IMG/VR virus record: IMGVR_UViG_3300022906_000005
Location: 1 to 35,993 of that record
Length of the DNA stretch: 35,993 bases
Strand: one strand, 5' to 3'
Source of the DNA: a virus
Taxonomy: Duplodnaviria > Caudoviricetes
The number at the start of each line of letters is the position of its first letter. Position 1 is the first letter of the stretch. Positions 16,084 through 23,610 of the stretch are shown piece after piece. The notes beneath the pieces are model-generated. The model saw only the letters and a program-made list of their open reading frames with translations, had not been told where the DNA came from and did not search any database. Both the position numbers and the translations under genes were made by a program.

Positions 16084-16140
16084 GGCTCGGCAATGCGGCG
16101 CATGGCGAAGTGAGGTATGGCAGGGCAATGTGAGGCAAGG
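16084..16140 (+). ncRNA. Pentamer-periodic tract D (11 units), candidate guide RNA
   Basis: ggctc ggcaa tgcgg cgcat ggcga agtga ggtat ggcag ggcaa tgtga ggcaa gg. Confidence 0.75.
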
Positions 16141-16143
16141 AAA

Positions 16144-16332
16144 ATGACCACAGAAGAATTCATCGCAGCCCGCAAGACCTTGGGATACACGCGCCCTGAG
16201 ATGGTGGTTGCCTTGCGCATGAAGGGCGAGAACGCAGTGCGCGCGATAGAGCAAATGGAGAGCGGCGGCACCATCACCGGTCCAATGAGTCTCGCCGTTC
16301 AAAAATTGCTAGACGATCACGCCCGGAAATAA
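16144..16332 (+). CDS. Small XRE-like HTH protein closing the cassette
   Basis: MTTEEFIAARKTLGYTRPEMVVALR...IEQMESG..I.GP.SLAV pattern. Confidence 0.7.
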   Translation: MTTEEFIAARKTLGYTRPEMVVALRMKGENAVRAIEQMESGGTITGPMSLAVQKLLDDHARK

Positions 16333-16335
16333 GGC

Positions 16336-16364
16336 TTGACGGCAGCACACCGTTGGCCCATAAG
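16336..16364 (+). promoter_or_regulatory. Putative promoter of a two-gene cassette
   Basis: TTGACG 16336-16341, N17, CATAAG 16359-16364. Confidence 0.5.
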
Positions 16365-16405
16365 GATCACAGAGCCGATGCGGCTCGCTCTTGAGGAGAT
16401 ACGAG

Positions 16406-16864
16406 ATGCCCCGCGATATTGAAACGATTGCCGCGGATATCGCCGCGGTGGACAGCGAGCGCTGCGAATACGAATCGGAAACCCTGCGCCTCGTCTATGA
16501 GGTCAAGGCCAAGCGCAGCGACGGGCTTTCCGAGATTTCGCGGCGCCTATCCGCGCTCAAGCGCGAGCAGCAAGAGGCGCGGGATGCCGCTGTGGTTCCC
16601 CACGAATGGGAGGGGCGCAAGGTCACTCGGGACGAGGTCAAATATTCTCGTAGCTGGCGCGGGGGAGAAAAGTCCCGCACGCCGGTCTTTGGTATTGTCG
16701 AGACCGCGACATCCCAAACGCAGTCTCCGGCCAATTGCCGTTACAGCGTCCCCCGCGTCGGCCTGCCTATCGTCCGGCTTCTCAAGAAGGACGGTACGCC
16801 GGGCCTGAAGTTCGAGACGCTGGCACGATACGAGCATCAAGAACAATGGAAGCTGGCCGAATGA
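16406..16864 (+). CDS. Hypothetical protein
   Basis: ATG 16406 with GAGGAG RBS; N-terminal coiled coil and ..LKKDGTPG motif. Confidence 0.7.
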   Translation: MPRDIETIAADIAAVDSERCEYESETLRLVYEVKAKRSDGLSEISRRLSALKREQQEARDAAVVPHEWEGRKVTRDEVKYSRSWRGGEKSRTPVFGIVETATSQTQSPANCRYSVPRVGLPIVRLLKKDGTPGLKFETLARYEHQEQWKLAE

Positions 16865-17064
16865 ACATCAAGGCGGCCCGCCACCGGCTCGGCATGAGCA
16901 TCACAGAGTTTGCGGGGCTGCACCGCGTGGCCCCACAGACCGTGAGACGCTGGGAGATGGCCCCCGATGCTCAAAGCTACCGCGAGCCATCCGGATCGGC
17001 GCTAGCATTCACACAGGCATTGCTGGACGGATATCGCCCGAAAATAATCCCGCAAGACCCCTGA
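16861..17064 (+). CDS. XRE-family HTH protein (Aca-like position)
   Basis: IKAARHRLGMSITEFAGLHRVAPQTVRRWE...REPSG. Confidence 0.75.
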   Translation: MNIKAARHRLGMSITEFAGLHRVAPQTVRRWEMAPDAQSYREPSGSALAFTQALLDGYRPKIIPQDP

Positions 17065-17071
17065 TTATCAC

Positions 17072-17099
17072 TTGACCCGCCCGCTGTCTCGTGTAAGAT
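17072..17099 (+). promoter_or_regulatory. Putative promoter
   Basis: TTGACC 17072-17077, N16, TAAGAT 17094-17099. Confidence 0.5.
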
Positions 17100-17125
17100 G
17101 GGGGCATAGCAAGGGAGTTGAGAAG

Positions 17126-17335
17126 ATGGCGAGCGAACATATGGGATTGCCGGCCCTCCGCAAGGGCGCCGCAAGGGCATTTTGCAAATGCACAATGCAT
17201 GGAAGGGTTGGCTGGTATGATTACATCCCCTACAGTTTGTCGGTTCCTATATTCGTGATGCCCTGCGGTTGCGGTCATGGCGGCATGACGAGGGTCGGCG
17301 AGGAGGAGTTTTACTCCGCGCTCAGTGCCGCATGA
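17126..17335 (+). CDS. Small Cys/His-rich hypothetical protein
   Basis: CKCTMH...PCGCGH; AGGGAG RBS. Confidence 0.55.
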   Translation: MASEHMGLPALRKGAARAFCKCTMHGRVGWYDYIPYSLSVPIFVMPCGCGHGGMTRVGEEEFYSALSAA

Positions 17336-17499
17336 CCCACCCCAACAACCCCAAGCACCAAGCCGCATTCCGCGCCCGCCGAGCCGAGAGATTTGCGCGC
17401 ATGGAAACGAAGCTGCGCGAGATCGTCAAGGAATTGGACGGCAATGAAAAGCCATTGGCCATCAAGCTCCGCGCGCTGGCAGAGGAGGGATTGAGGTGA
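17332..17499 (+). CDS. Small basic/coiled-coil protein
   Basis: HQAAFRARRAERFARME...; ATGA coupling. Confidence 0.55.
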   Translation: MTHPNNPKHQAAFRARRAERFARMETKLREIVKELDGNEKPLAIKLRALAEEGLR

Positions 17500-17819
17500 G
17501 CGATATATTCGCTTGGCTGTTCGGAGTGGTGCCGGTGGAGCGCTTCTGGATATATTTGATAATGGCCTTGTCGTTGTTGGCAGCGGCCGCTCAGTCTGGC
17601 GCGGGAGGAAAGGCCAGAAGGATAACGTCTGCGCCAAAGGACGGTCGGCAGATTTTGGTTTACGATGGCTTGTGGTTTGTTGTCCGTTGGCGAGAGGTGG
17701 GCGGTAGGTACGGTTTTTTCTCCCACGATGATATGGAGGTTGCGTGGGCTACTGCTTGGGCGCGCCTGCCGCGTCATTTAGGACGTAAGCCATATATTCC
17801 AAAGGGTTACCCAGCATGA
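17496..17819 (+). CDS. Membrane-anchored hypothetical protein
   Basis: N-terminal TM, then ITSAPKDGRQILV...W..LP DUF551-like pattern. Confidence 0.55.
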   Translation: MSDIFAWLFGVVPVERFWIYLIMALSLLAAAAQSGAGGKARRITSAPKDGRQILVYDGLWFVVRWREVGGRYGFFSHDDMEVAWATAWARLPRHLGRKPYIPKGYPA

Positions 17820-18076
17820 CCGAGAACATGGTAGAGCGGGTGGCGCGCATTCTGAAAGACGAATTGCAGCGCCAGATAAACGGCGGTTGTCGTGAGCGCG
17901 GCGTAATCGAAGCTGACGTCGTGGCTCGCGCTGCCATCCAAGCTATGCGCGACTGCACTCCGGAGATGGAGGCTGCGGCGATTGAGGCTGGTACCGAATA
18001 CTACCGCGGCGATCCCATAGGCTGGAAAGAGATTCCCGTGATGTGGCAAGCCATGATCGACGAAGCGCTCAAATGA
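17816..18076 (+). CDS. Hypothetical phage protein
   Basis: MVERVAR...ARAAIQAMR..TPEM...WQAMIDEAL motif typical of alphaproteobacterial phages. Confidence 0.7.
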   Translation: MTENMVERVARILKDELQRQINGGCRERGVIEADVVARAAIQAMRDCTPEMEAAAIEAGTEYYRGDPIGWKEIPVMWQAMIDEALK

Positions 18077-18270
18077 CCAAGCCCATCGCCACCGCCCGCA
18101 TATCCTTCTGGCGCGAGCGGGGCATGCCTGAGCCGACGATAACGGATGTGATCGAATGGCTCAGTCAGCTCGACGAAAAGCCCGTCGAAGGATACAACTC
18201 CCTGCGGTATAGCAGGCTCAAGATCGAGGCTGTAGAAATAGGCCAAGCCATTGAATCGGAGGCAAAATGA
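18073..18270 (+). CDS. Hypothetical protein
   Basis: ATGA coupling. Confidence 0.5.
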   Translation: MTKPIATARISFWRERGMPEPTITDVIEWLSQLDEKPVEGYNSLRYSRLKIEAVEIGQAIESEAK

Positions 18271-18380
18271 ATACCGAAACCCGCTGGCACCCCACTATCG
18301 GCATTACCTTTGCCGTAGCGATTAGCTGCGCATGCTGGGCCGCATTGGCGTGGGCTGTGGCAGCGTGGATTGTGTCGTGA
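18267..18380 (+). CDS. Small single-TM protein (37 aa)
   Basis: Manual translation MNTETRWHPTIGITFAVAISCACWAALAWAVAAWIVS; GGAGG RBS, ATGA coupling. Confidence 0.45.
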   Translation: MNTETRWHPTIGITFAVAISCACWAALAWAVAAWIVS

Positions 18381-18459
18381 GATATCTCCGCACCTACCTG
18401 CGACTGTCCCTATTGAGCATCACCCCTCCCTCTGCTACATAGCCTGCGAGGAGCACACC

Positions 18460-18600
18460 ATGACCCCCATCGGCGACCATCCCTGCAAGCCCCTTCCCGC
18501 TCGTACCCGCGCCGCGATGGAAAAGGGCATGCCCCAGCGCAAGGCAGTAGCCACCACGACCAAGCCGGTGAGCATGGTTCGCGTGAACCGGCCTGCGTAA
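18460..18600 (+). CDS. Small basic protein
   Basis: GAGGAG RBS before ATG 18460. Confidence 0.45.
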   Translation: MTPIGDHPCKPLPARTRAAMEKGMPQRKAVATTTKPVSMVRVNRPA

Positions 18601-18617
18601 GATTGCTGTGAACGCTG

Positions 18618-18947
18618 ATGGCTTTCGTAAAGGGACAGAGCGGCAATCCGGGCGGAAGGGCCAAGGCGCGGCTTCCTGATGGCCGCACTCTACAAGAGTT
18701 GGCGCGCGAGCATACGGAAACAGCGATTCTTACGCTAGCCGATATCGCGGGAGACGAGGGCGCGTCGGAGGGTGCGCGCGTATCCGCGGCTACGGCTCTT
18801 CTGGATCGCGGCTGGGGTAGGCCAACGCAGGCGGTTGTGGTAGAGGACATCGGTGACAAGCCTGCTTCCGAGCGACCGAGCGCAGTATACGACGCTCTTG
18901 AATGGCTTAGCGCAGCTCGCGGAGCAGCGGAACGAGCCACCCACTGA
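18618..18947 (+). CDS. Putative terminase small subunit (DUF5681-type)
   Basis: FVKGQSGNPGGR and ARVSAATALLDRGWGRP motifs; directly upstream of TerL. Confidence 0.75.
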   Translation: MAFVKGQSGNPGGRAKARLPDGRTLQELAREHTETAILTLADIAGDEGASEGARVSAATALLDRGWGRPTQAVVVEDIGDKPASERPSAVYDALEWLSAARGAAERATH

Positions 18948-20367
18948 GCCGCTGCGCTGGCTCTGTCGCAACGACCTGTACTTCCTCCTGCGCTACGCCT
19001 GCAACCGCCCGGACTGCGACAACGATTGGGTATTCGAGCGGTGCCGGGAGGTACAGGCCAGCCCCAACGGGCATTTAGACCTGTGGTTTCGGGAAGGCTA
19101 TAAGTCCACAATCGTAACCTTCGCTCTTACGATACAAGACATCCTGAACGATCCCGAACTTACGATAGGTCTGGCATCTCACACGAGACCGATTGCCAAA
19201 GCCTTCCTGCGCCAGATCAAGCGGGAGTTTGAGGGCAACGAGACACTGAAGGGATGGTTTCCAGAAATCCTGTACGAGAACCCGCAGAAGGAAAGCCCGA
19301 AGTGGAGCGAGGATGACGGGATTGTCGTAAGGCGCAAGTCGAATCCGAAAGAGGCGACTATCGAAGCATGGGGAGTGGTGGATGGCCAGCCCACGTCAAA
19401 GCACTACAAGCTTCTCGTGTACGACGACATTGTGACGCGAGAATCCGTCAGCACCCCCGAGATGATGGCGAAGACGACAGAGGCGCTGGCGCTGAGCTAC
19501 AACCTTGGCGCCCATGGCGGCGCTCGACGGTTCATTGGCACCCGCTATCACTACAACGACACCTACAAGACGATCATCGAGCGAGGCACGGTGCAGCCGA
19601 GATTGTACCCCGCGACCGACAACGGGAAGGTTGACGGCAAGCCGGTGTTTCACACAGTTGAGGCGCTGGCGGAAAAGAGGCGGGACATGGGGCCATATGT
19701 GTTCGGGGCGCAGATGCTACAGGACCCCACTGCCGACGCGACGCAGGGCTTCAAGGAGGAATGGCTGCAATACGCCCGTCCGAGTCCCTTCGGCCTCAAC
19801 ATCTACATGGTCTTCGACCCCGCCAGCGCGAAGAAGAAGGACAGCGACTATACGGCAGGGTTCGTTATCGGCATGGGCGCGGATCGCAACATGTACGTGC
19901 TGGACATGGTGAGGGACCGGTTGAGCCTGACGGAGCGCGCGGACCTTGTGATGAACTGGCACCGCAAGTGGCATCCTCTCGCGGTAGGGTATGAACGCTA
20001 CGGCATGATGGCCGATATCGAGCATATGCGAGACCGGATGGAGCGGGAGAACTACCGCTTCCCGATTATCGAGCTTGGCGGACAAATGCCCAAGCTGGAC
20101 CGCATACGCAGGCTGGTGCCATGGTTTGAGCAAGGGAGGGTCTATTTACCACCGCAGCTCGACAAGACGAACTATGAGGGCCGCAGCGTCAATCTCGTGG
20201 AATCGTTCCGGGTAGACGAGTTCATACCCTTCCCTGTCGGCATGCACGATGATATGTTGGACGCATTGGCCCGGATACTCGACGATGAGATGCCCGCCGA
20301 TTGGCCGATGCCGGGCGATGTAGACGATGATCAGCCGCCACAGAGGCGGGGAAGTTCGGGGTATTGA
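18853..20367 (+). CDS. terL: Terminase large subunit
   Basis: Walker A-like FREGYKST, Walker B LLVYDD, motif III GTRY, nuclease FDPA..DYTA..HDDMLDAL. Confidence 0.9.
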   Translation: MTSLLPSDRAQYTTLLNGLAQLAEQRNEPPTEPLRWLCRNDLYFLLRYACNRPDCDNDWVFERCREVQASPNGHLDLWFREGYKSTIVTFALTIQDILNDPELTIGLASHTRPIAKAFLRQIKREFEGNETLKGWFPEILYENPQKESPKWSEDDGIVVRRKSNPKEATIEAWGVVDGQPTSKHYKLLVYDDIVTRESVSTPEMMAKTTEALALSYNLGAHGGARRFIGTRYHYNDTYKTIIERGTVQPRLYPATDNGKVDGKPVFHTVEALAEKRRDMGPYVFGAQMLQDPTADATQGFKEEWLQYARPSPFGLNIYMVFDPASAKKKDSDYTAGFVIGMGADRNMYVLDMVRDRLSLTERADLVMNWHRKWHPLAVGYERYGMMADIEHMRDRMERENYRFPIIELGGQMPKLDRIRRLVPWFEQGRVYLPPQLDKTNYEGRSVNLVESFRVDEFIPFPVGMHDDMLDALARILDDEMPADWPMPGDVDDDQPPQRRGSSGY

Positions 20368-20368
20368 G

Positions 20369-20619
20369 ATACAGCGGCATGCCTGAGGTGGCGTGAGATA
20401 GCCGAAAGGCCTAGGCTCAACGTTATGGACTAAGGGTGAAGCCGAGCAAACGTTTCGCGCAAAGTCGGCACTGATACGCGGGACGGCGAGGGTTCGAATC
20501 CCTCTGTCGCTGTATGATGAGCGTAGCCCTCGTAAGGGGTAGGTGAACCTCAGGCCGGTAGAGCGTCCGCGCCCGTAGGCTCCCGCCAGCGGGAGAATAT
20601 CACCGCTGCTACTGCGCTC
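20369..20619 (+). ncRNA. tRNA-like structured RNA (not a canonical tRNA)
   Basis: T-arm GAGGG-TTCGAAT-CCCTC (20488-20504) adjoining an 11-bp stem 20369-20379/20505-20515; GNRA hairpins; 9-bp complement 20381-20389/20547-20555. Confidence 0.55.
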
Positions 20620-20654
20620 TTGCCTGTTTTTTCAGCACATGATACCAAGCCGCC

Positions 20655-20840
20655 ATGCCCCGCTCTCCCGACCTGCAAGCCCGCATTGACGCCATCCGCG
20701 CAACGGCTGCGCCCGAGAGCGACGAACTGACGGCGCTGCGGACGAAACTGGCGGCGCGCGAGGGAAGGGCGGGATTCAAGGCCAACGTGATCGAGATCAA
20801 GGCGCGCATTGCCGAATTGGAGGGCGTCGATGCCGAGTGA
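20655..20840 (+). CDS. Hypothetical protein
   Basis: 61 aa helical ORF. Confidence 0.55.
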   Translation: MPRSPDLQARIDAIRATAAPESDELTALRTKLAAREGRAGFKANVIEIKARIAELEGVDAE

Positions 20841-21147
20841 AGCTAGCGATGCTCTGTTCGAAGAGATGGCCTCGATCTTTGAGGTTAAATGCCATTGCGG
20901 CGCAAGGATGGGGCATCACTCGACACGGAGTGGCCTCGTCTGCCAAGAAGGACACCAGCAGCCGCGGCATCCCTCATTGGAGGGCGATGATGGCCAAGCC
21001 GTCATCGCCCAGATGCTACAAGAGCACGTAGAGCTATGCCGCAAGGTGGCGGAGGAATCGGGCGACAGCGGCGTTCTCGATATCGCCCGCCGCGCAGAGG
21101 ATTGGGGCGTTGAGGCGCTCGCAAGACGAGGAGTATCTAATGACTAA
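20830..21147 (+). CDS. Hypothetical zinc-binding protein
   Basis: CHCG...CQEGH; GGAGG RBS. Confidence 0.55.
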   Translation: MPSEASDALFEEMASIFEVKCHCGARMGHHSTRSGLVCQEGHQQPRHPSLEGDDGQAVIAQMLQEHVELCRKVAEESGDSGVLDIARRAEDWGVEALARRGVSND

Positions 21148-21280
21148 CACCCCCAAGAAGCCCGGCCCTCAGGTCGAGCACGACACGCATGAAGAGCGCA
21201 TTGCCCGGCTTGAGAAGGCTGTGATGCTGGGCGATCCGACTTCTGCGGCGAAGTTCATCAAGAGCCGCGGCGACAAGTGA
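21140..21280 (+). CDS. Hypothetical protein (46 aa)
   Basis: Manual translation MTNTPKKPGPQVEHDTHEERIARLEK...; GAGGAG RBS. Confidence 0.5.
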   Translation: MTNTPKKPGPQVEHDTHEERIARLEKAVMLGDPTSAAKFIKSRGDK

Positions 21281-21567
21281 GGGCTGCGATGGCCTTGGCG
21301 TTGGCGGACGATAGGCCAGAGACTATCCTTCGCGCCTATGCGGCCACGCATGCCGTTGTAACAAGCCCCAAGCAGACGACGCTGCAGGCCCGCACCATGA
21401 CAGCCTCAGAGCTTCGCTCGGCAAGGGTGCGGATGGGCATGACGCAGAAGGCCCTCGGAAGGGCGCTTGGGCTGTCCCCGGTATGGATTTCGCTCATGGA
21501 GACCGGCAAGCGTGATATCGAGCCTCGCACGGCTCTTGCGGTGCGCTATCTAGCGTGGAGCGCATAG
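21277..21567 (+). CDS. XRE-family HTH protein
   Basis: ELRSARVRMGMTQKALGRALGLSPVWISLMETGKRDI. Confidence 0.75.
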   Translation: MRAAMALALADDRPETILRAYAATHAVVTSPKQTTLQARTMTASELRSARVRMGMTQKALGRALGLSPVWISLMETGKRDIEPRTALAVRYLAWSA

Positions 21568-23610
21568 GTGGCAACCGCCTTCTACGAACCCTCTGAGATC
21601 GGCGCAGGCGAGGGGGCATTCGCTCCCCAGCAAGAGGAAGCGCAGCCGCTAATCATGCAGCTCGCAGCCCATGGCGGCAATCTCGCGGAGTTCTTCAGCG
21701 AACAGGAGTTAATCGCTCTCGGCTCAAGGGTTGTAGAGGATTATGAACGCGACTGCTCATCTCGTGGCGAGTGGGAGGAGAAAGCTAAACGCGCCCTTCG
21801 ATCTGCCAGTCAAGAGGGCGATCTTAGCAACCCTGATTCGTATAGGGTCTGGAAGGGCGCGGCAGATATCCACTACCCCATCCTCACGATAGCCGCGACC
21901 GAGTTCAACGCTCGCTCCTACCCTGCGATCTGCAAGGGTGACGAAACGGTACAGGTCAAGGTCATCGGCTCGGACAAGGGGCGCCCGATCATCGGCCCGG
22001 ATGGACAGCCTGCGGTGCTGGTCGAAGGCCAGCCCATGGCCGCCAGTCAGTTCATGCAGCTTGCCCAACAGGCGCAAATGGCTGGACAGGAGCCGCCCCA
22101 GCCCGAGCCTGCGTGGCAGATTCCTCCCGGCGCAAAGTCCAAGCGCGCACAGCGGGTAAAGGAATATCTCAACATCGTCCTCAATTACCGCATGGACGAT
22201 TGGGAATCTGATACCGACATGTTGCTGTATCAGCTTCCTATCGTGGGGTGCGGGTTCCGCAAGGTATGGTGGGACAATGCCTTGGGCCTGCCGTGCTGCC
22301 GCTATGTCCCGGCTCTGAGGCTTCTGGTGCCGATGGACGCCACGAGCCTTGAGACGGCGCCTCGCATCACCGAGGAAGTGCCGGACGTATTCCCGTACCA
22401 GATTCGCCAGCGGATGGCGCGCGGGGAATATCGCACCGTTGACCTTGGAACCAGCGAGGGCGAGAACGCAGGGGATGATGAAGCGGCTCGGATGCTGCTT
22501 GAGCAGCACCGGCTGATAGACCTTGACGAGGACGGATACGAAGAGCCGTACATCGTCACCGTCGACAAGCAGAGCAGCGAAGTGCTCGCCATTGTGGCTG
22601 CATACGACCCCGAAGATATCGAGATGAACGAGCGTTCGGGGATCCGGATCGAGCGCACGAGCTTCTACATCAAGTACGACTTCCTGCCCCATCCCGAGGG
22701 CAAGTTCTATGGCATCGGCTTCGGGCACCTGCTTGCCGAATTGAGCGAGGTCATCAACACCAGCATCAACCAGATGATCGACGCCGGGCACGCGCAGATT
22801 GCTGGGGGCGGGTTCATGGCTGGCGGCCTGAGATTGCAGGGCAACGGCCAGACCAATACCCTGAGGTGGCGTCCGGGCGAGTACAAGGTTGTCAACGCAC
22901 CCGGTGGGGACTTGAGAGGGGCCATTTGGGAGCGAACCTTCCCCAATGCGCCTCCGGTCATGTTTCAGGTGCTTGAGCTTATGCTGGGTGCTGCTCAGGA
23001 TGTGGCGGCGATCAAGGATGTCACTTCGGGCGATGCGTCCAACATGGGGCAGGTGGGGACAACGCTCGCCCTCATTGAACAGGGATTGCAGGTCTTCACC
23101 GCGATCTACAAGCGCGTGTTCCGGGCGGAAAAGGCAGAGTTTTCACTGATCTACCGGCTGCTTGGGAGGTACGGCACGCCGCAGACGGCAGAAGACTATA
23201 TGAACGTGCTGGACGATCCCGAAGCGAATTGGGAGCAGGATTTCAACGCCAAGGACATGGACATCCGCCCTGTCAGCGACCCGGCGAATGTGACGCGGAT
23301 TCAACGCATGGCTAAGGCCCAGTTCCTCCTCGAAACCGGGAGCGAGGACCCCAATGTGGACCAGCGCGCGCTCAAGCGGAGAGTGTGGGAGGCCGCAGAC
23401 ATCGAGGATATCGACGAACTGTTGCCGCCGCCCGATCCGAATGCACCACCACCTCCGGACACAATGAAAACACTGTCCGAGGTGGCGAAGAACGAAGCCG
23501 AGACGGAGTACAAGAAGGCGCAGACCGCCAAGCTTGGCTTTGAGGTGGGCAAGGCTGCCGGTGAGGCCGAGGCGGGGATTCCGGGAGAGGAGATGGCCGA
23601 TGCGGCATGA
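21568..23610 (+). CDS. Portal protein (podovirus type)
   Basis: 680 aa after TerL; YERD..SR.EW, P..G.GFRKV.W, FYGIGFG, GTTLALIEQG....AIYKR motifs. Confidence 0.9.
   Translation: MATAFYEPSEIGAGEGAFAPQQEEAQPLIMQLAAHGGNLAEFFSEQELIALGSRVVEDYERDCSSRGEWEEKAKRALRSASQEGDLSNPDSYRVWKGAADIHYPILTIAATEFNARSYPAICKGDETVQVKVIGSDKGRPIIGPDGQPAVLVEGQPMAASQFMQLAQQAQMAGQEPPQPEPAWQIPPGAKSKRAQRVKEYLNIVLNYRMDDWESDTDMLLYQLPIVGCGFRKVWWDNALGLPCCRYVPALRLLVPMDATSLETAPRITEEVPDVFPYQIRQRMARGEYRTVDLGTSEGENAGDDEAARMLLEQHRLIDLDEDGYEEPYIVTVDKQSSEVLAIVAAYDPEDIEMNERSGIRIERTSFYIKYDFLPHPEGKFYGIGFGHLLAELSEVINTSINQMIDAGHAQIAGGGFMAGGLRLQGNGQTNTLRWRPGEYKVVNAPGGDLRGAIWERTFPNAPPVMFQVLELMLGAAQDVAAIKDVTSGDASNMGQVGTTLALIEQGLQVFTAIYKRVFRAEKAEFSLIYRLLGRYGTPQTAEDYMNVLDDPEANWEQDFNAKDMDIRPVSDPANVTRIQRMAKAQFLLETGSEDPNVDQRALKRRVWEAADIEDIDELLPPPDPNAPPPPDTMKTLSEVAKNEAETEYKKAQTAKLGFEVGKAAGEAEAGIPGEEMADAA

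Noticed and set aside
15303-16140. Periodic tracts as simple microsatellite or codon bias
   Set aside because: Period is 5, not 3; tracts are intergenic; positions 4-5 vary while position 3 stays pyrimidine, unlike slippage-generated repeats
15292-16143. Canonical CRISPR array next to the Cas7-like gene
   Set aside because: No identical 23-47-nt repeats separated by unique spacers; the signal is 5-nt periodicity with only a ~10-nt shared end motif
15833-16302. Antisense ORFs 15833-16138, 16002-16277 and 16081-16302
   Set aside because: Pro/His/Cys/Leu-rich translations expected from reading the pentamer tracts backwards; they overlap better-supported + strand genes
20369-20515. Standard tRNA gene
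   Set aside because: T-arm is canonical but the interior is 108 nt, with no clean anticodon arm and no CCA; reported as tRNA-like instead
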